The position numbers were made by a program, and so were the translations under genes. From contig CBFFRP010000239.1 of the NCBI GenBank assembly GCA_965644295.1, positions 62,001 through 126,000 of the forward strand: a DNA stretch of 64,000 bases, read 5' to 3'. This DNA comes from Paraphysomonas bandaiensis. Lineage: Eukaryota > Protista > Chrysophyceae. Of this stretch, positions 12,171 to 25,359 are shown piece after piece. The notes beneath the pieces are model-generated. The model had not been told where the DNA came from, made no database searches, and saw only the letters and a program-made list of their open reading frames with translations. How positions within the stretch are numbered: the first letter of the stretch is position 1; each line of letters opens with the position of its first letter.

Positions 12171-12796
12171 ATGTACACTGACACCAACATGGATAAAACA
12201 AAGGTGCGCTAACACACTGTATAATAGACTCCATAAGACACAGTCTTCTTATGTTTGTATCGTAGTCGTCTCCCGACTCAGTTACCATACCCACACCTGA
12301 AGATATCCCAAGAAGAAACGATCGAGGTTTTAATCAGCAGCATGTTCTACAGCAAGGTCAGCAGTATGGTCAACACGTTGATGATGATGACCTGGCTGAC
12401 CTTGAATTCTGGTTTGATTTGTTACCGCCTGCTGAATATCCCAAGACTGAGGGCTCAGGTTCCTCGATGATAACTGATCAGTACCAGGAGACTGAGGGCT
12501 CAGGTTCCTCGATAATAACTGATCAGTACCAGGAGACTGAGGGCTCAGGTTCCTCGATAATAACTGATCAGTACCAGGAGACTGAGGGCTCAGGTTCCTC
12601 GATAATAACTGATCAGTACCAGGAGACTGACGGCTCAGGTTCCTCGATAATATATAATCGGGATCAGGAGGATATAAATAATATGGAGAGAGATATTATG
12701 ACTGTCTACAATGACATCATTTTGGGTCGAAATCGTTGCCCTAATGGTATGATCGAGTCCATAAGTCGTCGTCTCGAACATTTTATCAGAGAGTAA
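12171..12796 (+). CDS. Orphan acidic protein with a 15-aa tandem repeat, 2 exons (intron ~12204-12265)
   Basis: ATG 12171, AAG|GTGCGC...CGTAG|TCG gives an open frame into ORF 12419-12796. Confidence 0.55.
12444..12651 (+). repeat. 45 bp tandem repeat, ~4.6 copies (ETEGSGSSIITDQYQ)
   Basis: Unit GACTGAGGGCTCAGGTTCCTCGATAATAACTGATCAGTACCAGGA. Confidence 0.95.
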
Positions 12797-14413
12797 AGGA
12801 GGTCGCTATTGTTTAGATGCGGCTGACAATACGTTCGCCACTGCATTTGAATATCTCATCATCACCGCTGATGAGTTGACTAATTGTTCTGTGGTTTGCT
12901 TTGTATGTTTTCAAAAGTTGTTACGAAAGAAAGAATTTACCATGTATATTCGTAGAGAATACTCTCGATTCTCAGAGTAGAGATATCTTTATCGACTTCT
13001 CACCAGAGAATATTTTGATACAAACGATGTTGTAAGTGTATGTATACACATCGTCACAAAATCAAGAAATAGGTGATACGCTATACAAACATAGCAATAA
13101 GCTTATGCAATAAATAAATATGCCAAATTAGACTTATTACCCTCTGCAACTTCTGCTGAATGACCGCCAACACTTTCATACACTTAGCAGACTGCAGGAA
13201 TTCGTTTATTGCAAATGCCCAATCCCGACAGTGTGGCCAGAATGTAGGCTCGCTGGTACACCACATATAACACCAAGATTTTGCGATGATTCTAGGTAGT
13301 CACACACTCGCCATCTTGGCGCAGAATCTGTTCGAGCCACCAACCCGGTGAAACTGCCTCCTTAGCCAAGCAAACCGCGAGAAGGAAGAATGAATTGACA
13401 AATTACGATAAACGTGTAAAAGAAGTGAATAAACCTAGTACTCTAAATCACGCAACAACAACCGTTTTACACTTGCAGTCAATGTACCGCATCGTACTTG
13501 CAGTACTCATGTTAATCACAACAGCAAGGTATACTAATAAACTGAAAATACAAGTACAACGGTATTCGCACATAAAGTACAACAGTATATAATATATAAC
13601 ACCTTATAATATCACACATTGAAGTAATTACTGACGTATGTGACACAAGTCCAGCTAAGTTTGATATACACTATTGTTAGGAAATGACATACATGAATAA
13701 TACTTTCACTCTATGCTTAGATTATAAGTTAGAAACATATATATAGTAACATAATATATATAATAAACTTATGATCTATAAACTTGTCAAGTACTAGTCA
13801 TTTCCATACAATCTTATATATCACGATCTTATACGGTCAATTTATTCCAGTTGCATTACTATAATTGCTATCTTGACATTTGTTCTCACAATACTATTAA
13901 CCACTTCTGTATTCATCTAGTAACAGTCATAAGCTTTCAACTACAGCTTTCAATTGCTCTCAAATAGCAGAACTCAACAACTAGCACTCTGGGAATGGGG
14001 CACTTAATATTGTTATAATATTTAATACAGATATGATATTTCTCGTTTGAAACATAGGATTTTTATGAGCGCTTCTTACTTCAGCTACACTGGTGAAGAG
14101 TGTTTGTCAGACAATATTTCAATGATAATATATATGTATACTTTGTTGTAAATAAATATAAATGCTATGAGTGGCTGAAGGAGTTATGCACTGGCTTAAA
14201 CCTTACATCGTCCCTATCGTTAATATAAAGCAGGATTTCGTCAGCAATAGAAGAAGAAACGGGTATTAACACAATTTGCATTACTAATTAATAACCAACA
14301 ACAGAGCACATCACTTTGTTTGTCAATGTAAACAACATTAGTCTTACTGCACACAAAATATACATACTCCTGAACAAACCATCTGCCATCTATGCACCAC
14401 AAAAGTACCCACA

Positions 14414-17231
14414 TCAATCGGAAGCTATCTCCGCTTCCAACACATCTACACGTGCAAACGATGCCTGCAACTGAGTTTTCAAATTCTTGATTTCATTCCG
14501 TTGATTGTCACACTCAAGAGCATACGACGCAACTTCTATTTTCGCTCCGATAAGCTGTTCAATGATTTCTGATTTATCCTTTTCATCCAGTTCCGATAAC
14601 GCCAAGCTCTGAGACTGAAGCAAGAATTATATAACCATTGGCGGTGTAGAATATCGAGCAGACAACACTCGAAATAAAATATTTTGCAGTGATATTACCT
14701 GTAGTGTTTCATCTCTGTTCTTTAATTCCATACGAAGAGCCTCAATACCCTTCTTTAAAGTGGCTACTTCATTTTCAGCATTCACTCGACTCATTTTCTC
14801 AAACAACAATTTATTTTCATCATGTTTGCGGCGTCGATTTGCCTTGCGCAGAAATATCAGCACTTTTCTTTGCAATTCACGACACAAGATGAAGACTTTC
14901 TCTGCCTCCTCCGTATTCCTTTTTTCTAAATCAAGCCGGTATTGTAACTCTTCAGTATCTAGATGGCTACGACTACTACTTTGTTTAATTAATCGCTTTT
15001 TTCCCTGGTTATTTTTCGTCGAATCAATTTCAGAACATTTCGTTTCCAGAGCAGTGAGTCTTGTAGTTAGTGATGCCACCTGTGACTTAAGTGTGGCATT
15101 GTTCTTTTCTAAATTCGTTCTCCCGAGGTTTAAGTAATAGGTTTCTAAGCTATGAGCAGATTCAGCTTCTTCATAACCAACTATACGTCTGTTGAGCGAG
15201 TCTATCTCGATATTTTTCTCCTTTAGTTCATCGGTCGTACCTTTGAGAGCTGACTGAAGTCGTTCTATTTCTTGTTGTAGATGTAGCCTCTCAACTTTAG
15301 CATCTCTATCTGCATGTGTGCGATTCACCTGCTTTCGTATCAATGAAATTTCATCCTTGAGTTTCAAATTCTCTGATACCAATACCTCCACACACTTCGA
15401 GTAGGTGGCATATTCATTCCGCAGGCTTGTACAATGATCCATCAAGTCCTGTACCTTAACTACTGATTCCTGGAAATCATGTTTCATGGTTGCGATTGCA
15501 GGAATACACTTGTAGGTATTGTCTTCTTTCAAATCAATCGTTTCAAAAGAAGTAATGAAACTTGAAAGTGCGTTATGCTCTATTCGTAAAGCATTAACCA
15601 ATTCCTCCAGAATGTCAAAAGTGTGAATCACTGCTTTCTGACTCTCATGTATGTTGCCTGCGCAGTTTGCATCTAAATTACCCTCGTGAACGATGGTGTC
15701 AGTAAATATTCCACTTCTGTTTGATAGAGAATCAGAATGATGTGTTCGTCCACAGCATTGAACACTACTCGGACGGATTCCACAGGAGGTATTTGCAGTA
15801 TCAAACACAGTGCCCGGCAATGAAATTTGTCTTTCTCTAGTATCTTTGGTGTATCGTACAGACATGCTCTTTATCATGCGACGACTCAATTCAGGTTCTG
15901 CTGGATCACTTGAAGTGCTACCAGTCTCATAGGCCTGCCTAAGGGTCTGGTTCGGCTCCTTGGAGTCAGCCTGACAAATTTAATCTTTACTACTTCATCA
16001 CACAATACATGGTGCGTGTCATGGAAACAAACTATCAGCACTCCTTACATGATTCTGAATTGAATTGGAGTCAACTGCAGATGGTTTCGCCTTTTCAGGT
16101 TTATCGCTGGCCGCGTGATGTGGCCTAATGGGTGTCACGCAGAACCTTTTGCACTCCACACTGTCGAGGTCAGTGTCTTTACAAAGCGATACTGCACCAC
16201 CAGCTGTTCTATATGCACGACTATCTCTGATTAAAGAACTTCTTGGTACGTCCCGCAATACGTTAGGACTCTCGATGACGTCAGACACAGAATGGGTTAA
16301 TGGCAATGGCTGTTGGGACATACCCTGCTGACGTTGCCGTGGCGAAGCTGTTGATTCCTTTACATTGTTTCCCTGTCCCTATTGATTAAAAGAATGCATC
16401 TACACAGATGCCATTTTACTTACACTTGATCTGTTTGTCACACTTAACCTGCTAATATCATTAGACTGATTCAATATCGGATACGAGGTCGATATGTCAA
16501 GACCGTCTCCACCCTATGACACCATGTCAGTGTATATGTATGATAATATAGTGCTCGCTAAGGTAGTTTCACATATATTTCGTTGAAGAACTATACATAC
16601 CTGTTCTACATGTTTGGGAAGAAGAGTAAAGGAAATAGCCGATCCTACATACGCACATTCAGCCAGAGGTAGAGTCAACTCAACACCCGTTATACAATCT
16701 ACATACAACTCAAGATCTAACGCAACAGTGCCAATAATACTATAAACATCCGCTGACAATACTCCTCGTTTCTTTTGTCGAATCACGAGGCGTCCCTTCT
16801 TAGCCTGCATGATATGCCTGGTAATTATGCACACATATGAGGTGATCGAATACCTGATACGAATTCGAGGCTACATGCTTGTACATTGTAACAACTAGAG
16901 ACAAAGACTCCAGAAAAACAACGCCGATGTCACTGTTTCTTAGTGTGGATACAGTGCGGTCGTATGTGGCGATGCTGTTGGTGCCTCTCTCAAACGATAC
17001 ACTGATAACAGCATCTTTGTCCAGATCATCCGCATGAGCTCTTGGAAATGATACGCTATTAACTGCATGGGAGAGTATGAGTATGAGCATGTACAGGGAC
17101 GTGTGTGTATGTATGTGTATGTGTGTACGGGGGATCTATATGGACATACCTTCCAGACGATAGAGTACCTTAACAGCATCCATCCCACTGCGATCCACTA
17201 CTTTTCTAAGGCTACTGGCCTTCTTCAGCAT
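14414..17231 (-). CDS. NT-C2 (EEIG1/EHBP1-type) domain plus coiled-coil protein, about 7 exons
   Basis: N-terminal VSFERG...LSLVVTMYK...AKKGRLVIRQ...IGTVALDL pattern; long heptad-rich region 14627-15500; GT-AG junctions are phase compatible. Confidence 0.75.
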
Positions 17232-17432
17232 TGTATTCAATTAGCGCATGAGTAGTCTGGCTATGTACACAATGACTGAGCTGTGAGTTGGTTAATTGAA
17301 ACTGAGTGTGTATATGTACTGTACTTGTACACATCTGCATGGGTACATGTACTGTTGGATATACAGTACAATGTTGTAAGATGTATGTACAGCAGTACAT
17401 GTCGAGTATATAGGTACACTTATAGTATGTGC

Positions 17433-17570
17433 GTATTGGCATCCTTTGTATATTTTTGTTCCAAGAAAATATTGAGACAAAAATTATCTGTATTCCAGGT
17501 TTTATTGCAGATATATAGAGTATATTTGCTTCAATAAATTTACGAAAAATAAGATGCCGACTGCCGATGC
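17433..17570 (+). mobile_element. MITE-like family A, copy 3
   Basis: GTATTGGCATCCTTTGTATATTTTTGTTCCAAG...GACTGCCGATGC. Confidence 0.78.
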
Positions 17571-18615
17571 GGCAGTCTGCTGTATGTCAACAGTACTCAT
17601 ATAGAGGACATAGTATGGCAATGATCATCATATTCATCACGACAGACGATACATGCATATATATATATATGAAACACATCCTTATAAAAGTTTGAATGCT
17701 CTTCTGGACACTCGAAACATTCTTATTATTGACGATGTACCGCATTCTCTGTGTCTCTCGTGTGTCTCATCCGCTGCACTTAACTATATGAAACTTCCAG
17801 TTGGAATTGTAGCAGACCATTGGAACTAACATGACACATACCTGCCTATTCCGATACACAGTGGGCTTATCACCTTCCAATTAATACTTATGAATATTTC
17901 CATGGACGATAGTAACCGCTAATGAACTGTTGAATCGCGTTGTTCCACACTTCATAAAAACATTGCAACAAACACATCAAATTAGCGTTCTAATTTATGT
18001 GAGCAATCGTTTCAGAGGGGCGTGAGTCTATATTTAGGTTACAGACAAGTAACATTGACGAATGGGAAAGTGAGTAGTGTTACTCACACTTAACCTTATA
18101 TATGGGGGGATCTATAGGTGTGTTAATGCACTGTACATAGCAACTACAGTGGGAAGGAAGACTTATAAACCTTGTCCCAGATGACACTGACGTCAAGGCT
18201 CCATCATCATGACAGACCTTGTGTTGCAGTGATGTGATGATTCAGACAAGAAAACTGGAAGACCCAGTGCCTGATGATACTGTGCTGGCTGATTTCGCTT
18301 ACTGCCCAATGACAAAAACAGTAAAATATGAGGATCATGGTCCATGTGATGAAGGAGGACATGGAACTTCAACAGGCTTTTCAGTTATTTATCATAAATG
18401 GTCAAAATGTGAATTCCCTAATAAAGCTGGTGGGCTTATTTCACTTTCCTTTTCTATATACTATATACTAGTTTGTTTTTTCTGTAATCCAAACCAACAG
18501 GCATTACTCTGTCTGATCTTTAGTAATTCGTAAAAAACGTACATCTAAGATGTAGTGGTGTCTTTATCTATAATTATAGATTATAGTACATCAATATATA
18601 TATATTATATAACTA

Positions 18616-19792
18616 CTATTTAAGACTACTTTTTACTGCTACCACAAGCTCATCCAGCGTTAAGACAACAGGAGGAAGAATAGTATGCGAATTTAGCAAC
18701 GCAGCTGACTCCTCTAACTGCTTCTCAACACACTCTGGTGCTATAGACATATGGCTGGCAAAGTTCGGCCACGCTGACTCGATGTATGTGTCCAATGCTT
18801 CCGCTAGAGGGCCACGTGATATAGCTATTACATGCGTCGCATCCAGGGACCAAAAGTCAAACCTAAGAACCCAGTAAAGTACGTTACAACAATATAAGAT
18901 TGCGACGACACATACCGCCAGTCATTTCTACGATAACTGGATACAGTCATCACAGCCGTTCCCGAAAATGTATTGTGAGGATCATCATCAGTGCAGCGTG
19001 TACAATAGGTCACATCAAAGTGTATCTGCCAAACTAATCCTTAACATAAGAGAGGGAAGTACTACATTCTAAACCTTCGTTAGATCAATTCCAATACCAC
19101 AGCCAACGGCCTTCACATACGCTTCTTTAAGAGCCCATAATACGAAGAAATGCGTATAGCGGTCGTTTTCACTGTGAAAACTGAATACAATACATTAGAC
19201 AAGATAGGACACAATACCATGGAGTTTGGCGCATACCTCAGAATTGTTTTAACCTCATCAGTGGTAAGCTGTTTTCGATAAATTTCCAAGAACTCAGCAA
19301 AGTTAGCTACCCAGTTACTTCTTGTACTAATGTCTACGATATCTAGTCCAACCTGTATAATGATGAGGAGATATAACAGTGTGAACTAAACATACCAAAA
19401 AACTATCGTGAGAAACGATAGCAACAAAGTCACCATGATGCGAAGCATTGAAGTTCCATGTACCAACATCAGCAGATACAGAAGGGCATACATATGGTTT
19501 ATTCTATATCACACTATCATATCAACAGTGAGTGAGAGGATATGATTCACACCTCTCTGGTTCGCTTAATAGTAAAATCAGGACATCCAAATCTCTTCAA
19601 TATCACATACTTCTGTAGTAATATGCTTAAAAGAGACCGCTCTTGATCTTTCTTGAATACAAATGACAAGACTTTAGCCCTCTCGTTAGTCTCCAGAGAG
19701 TCCAGACAAGACCCCCATATACTGGCAGAAATATCTGTTCGAACTACATATGGCTCAATATCACGTGTGTTCAAACTAATGGAGGATTCCAT
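18616..19792 (-). CDS. AASDHPPT: Sfp-type 4'-phosphopantetheinyl transferase (AASDHPPT/LYS5-like), about 6 exons
   Basis: Spliced motifs ENKPY, FNASHHGDFV, VGLDIV, FFVLWALKEAYVKAVGCG. Exact start codon uncertain. Confidence 0.88.
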
Positions 19793-22485
19793 TGAACCTT
19801 AATAGATACATACAAGAAATATGATCACTGAAATCCACAACATACAAACATACACGCATACACGCCACGTGTATGGTCTATTCCTACCACACAAGTCCAG
19901 AAAAATGAATTCTGTTTTTTTGTATGGGAGTGTGTGTAGGAGGGGGTTGAAGTGGAGATATTCTGGTGTGCTAAATTCTGCGTATATGTACGTGATTCAA
20001 TGTACGTCCCTCTTAACGACCATATCGAGCGTATGGCTGCGTAAAAGTACTTATATATATATATATTCTTGTAGAGGACTCTTATTACTACTATGTGCCT
20101 TACTAACAATATCTACCGTGTGTAATCAGGTCAGTATTCCCAGTGAATAAGCGAACGTCATGAAATAACAAATATGTTCCAGTGGCCACCATAAGGCGCG
20201 ATGACAACACCTAAGAACTGTTTAAGTATCGATATTAGGCAGTCTAATATCCCCTACCTCTCATTGGGTGGCTTCATACTCCACTACGGTTGCCACAAAG
20301 GTGTCTGGTATTACACTTACCAGGGTCAGTCAGAGCAGTGTAAATTGATTGATGATAATTAGAATTGTTGTAGTTTCATAGAGATGTGCACAAACAGGTG
20401 ATGGGGGAGTGCTTAATTCCTGTCAGTTGTTGTTTTTGCGATCCGAGCCAGGAAGTGGCCACTGCCTTCGAATTGATTGGCAATCGAAGCAAGCCTTTGT
20501 AGTGCTACAGTTGAGAGACGTGTTGATGCGTATGCCGAACGGCAATGTCAGTGATGCCGTCAAATTACTTTTTAATATTTGCATGTGTTGAAACGTTAAA
20601 TATCGGGATGTACCAAAACCTTCATAAGATCAATTAGAAGCATATATATCGAGAGGACAAAACAAGAGTTATTATTGATAGTGATCCAAGTCAAGAACTA
20701 TCCAGTATCAAGAATTATAGTCGAAAGCTTCATGGAATGTACAACTTGTGAAAGGTTTAAACTTGGCACAAAGGTGTACATGAATTTCTAAATGAGAAAG
20801 CAAAGAAATTAACTTCGATTAGTTTGGATATATATATTTTTAGTAAGCCAATCTTGCCTATGATTATTATTTCCGTAATTAAGTGTTTGAATCATCGCTT
20901 GGGGGTGTTGAAGTGCTGTCCGAGAAAGTTTCCGGTAGTTTTAATATTTATAGATTTTGTAGTGCGTATGTATTGAGTTATATCCACACATTAAACTACA
21001 ACCAACTCCATAATGGGGTAATAATATAATAAAAGCATACAGGGGTACTGAGGGGAGGTTGTAAGGCAATGAGGTAGCATACATGGGTGCCTTGGCTAGT
21101 GACTATACCTAGGCAGTACGCAGAATTAGGAGAGAGGAGTGCATAATATTCAATTGTTATAATATATATATATATATATTTTCAAGATTATAAAAGCATT
21201 ATAGACATAGAATAGAGTGTACTTTGATGCTTTGGTTTCCTCTGGGGGCGATATGGGGGCTGATGGGGTGGTGCATGTCAGTGCTTGTGATTGGGGTATA
21301 ATGTACAATTAGTAGTTGGTGTGAAAAGAGTTTCCATACGTGTCAACATGTGTATAAAGCCAAAATATAGCTAAACATACAATGTTCATATTGTATACAA
21401 TGTACTTGTCATGTTTTTCATCATCTGGAGGTCACCTAACAGCCTCTGGTGGTTGACATATAGAGGAGAACTATATCTGTATTGGAATAGTAAATTACAA
21501 GCTTATTATTATTATTTCTTGGGTTACCTGCTGTCACAGTATATATACTTATGATTTATATGTTTTTACGATATCTATGAAGGTGCACTCGGCTCAAGGG
21601 CTCACTGTGATGAATACTGGTGATATGCATATTAAGGGTGTGAGCGTGTGTCAATGTGTTTCAACTCTGTACATATTTTCATACTCTCACTATAGAAAAG
21701 ATAAAAGTTATACGCTCTATGAGTATAAATATATATAGACTCCGTATATTTAAGTCAACTTTTGGCCTTCTACTGCTCTTCTTCTTCATACATACCAGAT
21801 CGACTGCTTGCTCAATAAGATGCTTAATAACGACTGGAATAACCCACTTAATGATGCCACGAATAAACCTCGTTTTATCTTTCCTTTTAAGGGTTGTGAC
21901 ATTGCTGTCTTATGTCGATATTGTCTTGTAATTGTTGCTATCTTTCAATGTGTCTATCACGTCTTTTATCTCTTCCACAGCCAGATAGAGCTCCATTATT
22001 GGGGTAAACCGTATGCAATAAATTACCTTTTTTACACCTACTGTACCCTTTTCTCAATAGAATGCTGTATTTTTAGGGTAAAAATAGTAAAAATAGTAAA
22101 AATGGGAGAAAAAAATAAATTGCCGCCATCCTTTAATCTGAGGGTGTGGGGAATAGTGAGTGGTGATGATGAGTGAGAACTTTTCTCGTTTTTCTGGACT
22201 TGTCTGGTAGGATCCATACTGTCCACCATAACGAATGTACAACCATGTACAAAACACAGTTTTTGGATAGTAAAACCATGGTTTTCTACTGAAAACCCCT
22301 CAGTAAATCTATGTAAATCATGCACTCGTACATCTACAGAGTTCACTGCAGCAGTATACCGGTATACGTACTGTACATATCTATGTGTGGGGAGGAGGTC
22401 GCTCTGGTGGTGATCGTTGAGTCCTCATCATTAAGTAGAAGCAGCACACTCAGATAAGCAGACATATTACTACACCATCCGAACC

Positions 22486-24054
22486 ATGCTTAACGATCCA
22501 GATTTTGTTCGTGAAACTAACTTGAGGCATAAGCTTACTAGTGACGTAACATCTCGAAACCATGAAATGGCTACTGAGAATGCTGTAAAGGCTTCTGGTA
22601 AATCTCTTTATGAGCTTGGAAAGGCTTTTATAGATACAGAAGCTACTCGTAATGATCCCTATGGAGATGGTGACCAGTCATATGTTAAGGCTGATGGTCC
22701 CAATGATCCAGGCCAGAGATTAAGGGATCTGTGGTGTGAAGGAGGTTGTGAAGGAGGGTTTCATGAGCTTCTTGCCAGAGGCGAAGTCCCTTCTATCTTT
22801 GTTAATTCTTTCTTTGGGAATAAAGATGGTGTACAAAGAGAAATTGACGCGACAGAACCAGGCTCTCCCCAGCGCATGCATTTGCTAGAAGGTCGCGTCG
22901 GTGTTTTGCGACTCACCCCTCTTATAGCTTGTGTTGTGGGGGCACGGAATGCTCCCGGTCCTTATGGCACTAGTGAACAACAGCATGATTATATAGGTGT
23001 TGCCGATGTGCTATGTGCGGCAGGATGTCGAGTTGAAGCCAAAGACGCTGCGGGTTATTCGGCAGCTTATCACTGCACGACGGCCTTTGCCAACCCGCTG
23101 ACATTGGCCATCTTCCGCTTCCTTTGCTTCAAATACGACGCGAATATATCTCGCAATAGGTTCGGAGATTATTCGTTGTATGAGACGATAATGTATAGTC
23201 GGGAAGACGTTGCAAGGACACTGATAGATCACAATGTCCAATTTGATCGGATGGCCCAACGTATGATTCGGGCATGGCCGGCGGGCATGCCTCTCTTGAG
23301 TTTATCCTGCGAGAGACATATAGCTAATCGATCAATCAAACAAGGGGACTTTGTAAGACTGCTCAAGTCTGGAAGCGAAACTATCAATAAAAAGGGCAGA
23401 GTTTCCTCATATAACTACTTCACGGGGGAGTACTCTGTGGAGCTCTGTGATGGAGGTACAGTTCAAGTGAAGCGATCACAGATAGAATATTGTGCATGCG
23501 AGAAATGTTTTAAAATGGGCGAAAAGAAATGCTCGAAATGTCTCGTGGTATATTACTGTAGTCGTGACTGCCAAGTGGCGCATTGGAAGGTGCACAAGAA
23601 AGTGTGTACATCAGACGATAGCAAAAAGAACCATGTCTTTCATGGAACTCTTCCAGTGCCCAACCACCAAGGAGAGAAGAAACAAGATATACTGTCTTGG
23701 ACTCAAACAAGAGACAATGCTGAGGTCGATTTGCAAAATTCTGGTACTGCTAATGGAGAGGAAATAATTAAGGGTAAGAAAGGGGCAGATGGATGTATCT
23801 CTTTCCCTGTAAAGATTCAAATGAATTTATTAAACCGAGAGAATGGAAATTTACTGATCTACAACAAAGCCAAAACATTTCGAGCTTTTATTAACCCGAA
23901 GCAAGACAATCTCCACAAGGCTCTCTACAAAATTATCGACAACAAGTCAGAAAGCTCTCAGAAGGTGTATATGACCTGTAAATATAATCCTGAGACGAAA
24001 ATTGGGTATATCGATGTCACGACTGCAAATTTTTTGCCGCCTCAGAGATTCTAG
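22486..24054 (+). CDS. Ankyrin-repeat plus MYND zinc finger protein, intronless
   Basis: 522 aa ORF; TPLIAC...VEAKDAAGYSA ankyrin-like; CEKC...CSKC...YYCSRDCQVAHWKVHKKVC MYND. Confidence 0.85.
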   Translation: MLNDPDFVRETNLRHKLTSDVTSRNHEMATENAVKASGKSLYELGKAFIDTEATRNDPYGDGDQSYVKADGPNDPGQRLRDLWCEGGCEGGFHELLARGEVPSIFVNSFFGNKDGVQREIDATEPGSPQRMHLLEGRVGVLRLTPLIACVVGARNAPGPYGTSEQQHDYIGVADVLCAAGCRVEAKDAAGYSAAYHCTTAFANPLTLAIFRFLCFKYDANISRNRFGDYSLYETIMYSREDVARTLIDHNVQFDRMAQRMIRAWPAGMPLLSLSCERHIANRSIKQGDFVRLLKSGSETINKKGRVSSYNYFTGEYSVELCDGGTVQVKRSQIEYCACEKCFKMGEKKCSKCLVVYYCSRDCQVAHWKVHKKVCTSDDSKKNHVFHGTLPVPNHQGEKKQDILSWTQTRDNAEVDLQNSGTANGEEIIKGKKGADGCISFPVKIQMNLLNRENGNLLIYNKAKTFRAFINPKQDNLHKALYKIIDNKSESSQKVYMTCKYNPETKIGYIDVTTANFLPPQRF

Positions 24055-24411
24055 GAGGTAGTTACTTCGGTAAGTAATGAGCTTGGAGTAATACAATCTC
24101 TTTCCTTATAGCTTGATTGCGTACTATTACCCATTCGACGAGATACATCATGAATTGACAATATGTTTCACTCGATGTTAACACTAACACAGTAAGCGTA
24201 TATGTGTTGCATTGTATCGTGCAGTAATAACAGCTACATCAAGGTAATGCTATTTTCAACAGTAAAGTATAACATCAACCAAGTACAGATATCAGTTTAG
24301 AGTTTACTCCTATTCAATAGTCTATACTCTATACACTATACATGCATTATACAGCAATAGTATTGTCTAAGCTAATACACATGTAGATATAATGAATTCC
24401 CGATGTGCAGA

Positions 24412-24532
24412 GCCAAGCAAGCCCTGATTAAGTCTATACTTGTGTAACCCTACATGATTACGTGAAACCTCACTTATTCTGCAGGAGAGGGACGGTAAGT
24501 CTACATGCGTGGAAAAGAAAAGCCCGCGTGTA
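24412..24532 (+). repeat. Dispersed repeat Z (inverted homolog at 53638-53880)
   Basis: GCCAAGCAAGC...TACATGATTACG...GAAACCTC matches the reverse complement of 53800-53880. Confidence 0.55.
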
Positions 24533-24621
24533 TTCTATAAAGGAAAGGGGGGCATTGACACAACTCATAATCTTCGCCAGTTTTATAAGAGCAGATGATG
24601 GCAAAGGACCCTATCTGTACA

Positions 24622-24720
24622 CAGGGCCTGGTAACCGTTAATGGTAATGGCATTAATGGTAATGCCATTATAATTGCCGGGAAATGCACTACCATTAATG
24701 GCATCCCATTAATGACCTGT
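24622..24720. repeat. Cluster of palindromic CCATTAATGG-like motifs, probable transposon subterminal repeats
   Basis: About 4-5 copies of (C)CATTAATG(G) within 100 bp, downstream of the Harbinger transposase. Confidence 0.5.
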
Positions 24721-25359
24721 ACTGCTCTATATGAACTGAGTGTTATTAAGATAATACATTATCTCCTCTACACTCCGAAGAAACTCTAAATCTCTAAATA
24801 ATACTAGACAACAATGTTCATGAAACTCTACAGATACTTTGTGTCAACCTTATTCATTATCTTCTCAATGCTCTCTACTCTCTAGAGTTAGAGAATAGCT
24901 TCCTGAGCAATTGCATAGCAACATACTCTAAAATAATCATTGAAAGTATGAATATTTCACCTAAAAACATTCATTAAAATACAATTTTCCGCCAACTTGA
25001 AAGTAGCTACTGCACACAACTAAGCAAAGATATTGTACTCTGTATTAATTATTAATACCACGCAGTATATTAAGCGACAGACTGTACATATATATCTGCT
25101 GGTAAGATCTCATCATCTATATGATAAGCAACTCATTCACGCTTGCGGAGTAAGAACTGTAATTATATACATGTATGTGGGATACAACGGCCTGATATGT
25201 ATGGGAACTGTGCTGTGGAAGCGTCATTCTTATGGCAAGCTGAAGTTATGTGTACTGTGTACTGTACATACGTGTAGAGCAGTGCACTAAAATATAGGGT
25301 TTTGTATAATATACATATCACATTAGTACTTCAAGCTTTGCAAGCACATAAAACATATA

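Noticed and set aside
12444-12651. CRISPR-like appearance of regular repeats
   Set aside because: Head-to-tail units with no unique spacers, in frame in an ORF, eukaryotic context, no cas genes.
13100-13400. Minus-strand fragment LSGLGICNKRIPAVC resembling P2X7 C-terminal-like TE-associated proteins
   Set aside because: Too short and interrupted by stops to support.
18234-18293. Box C/D-like motifs (GTGATGA...CTGA...TGATGA...CTGA)
   Set aside because: No terminal stem and no recognisable rRNA guide; could be chance.
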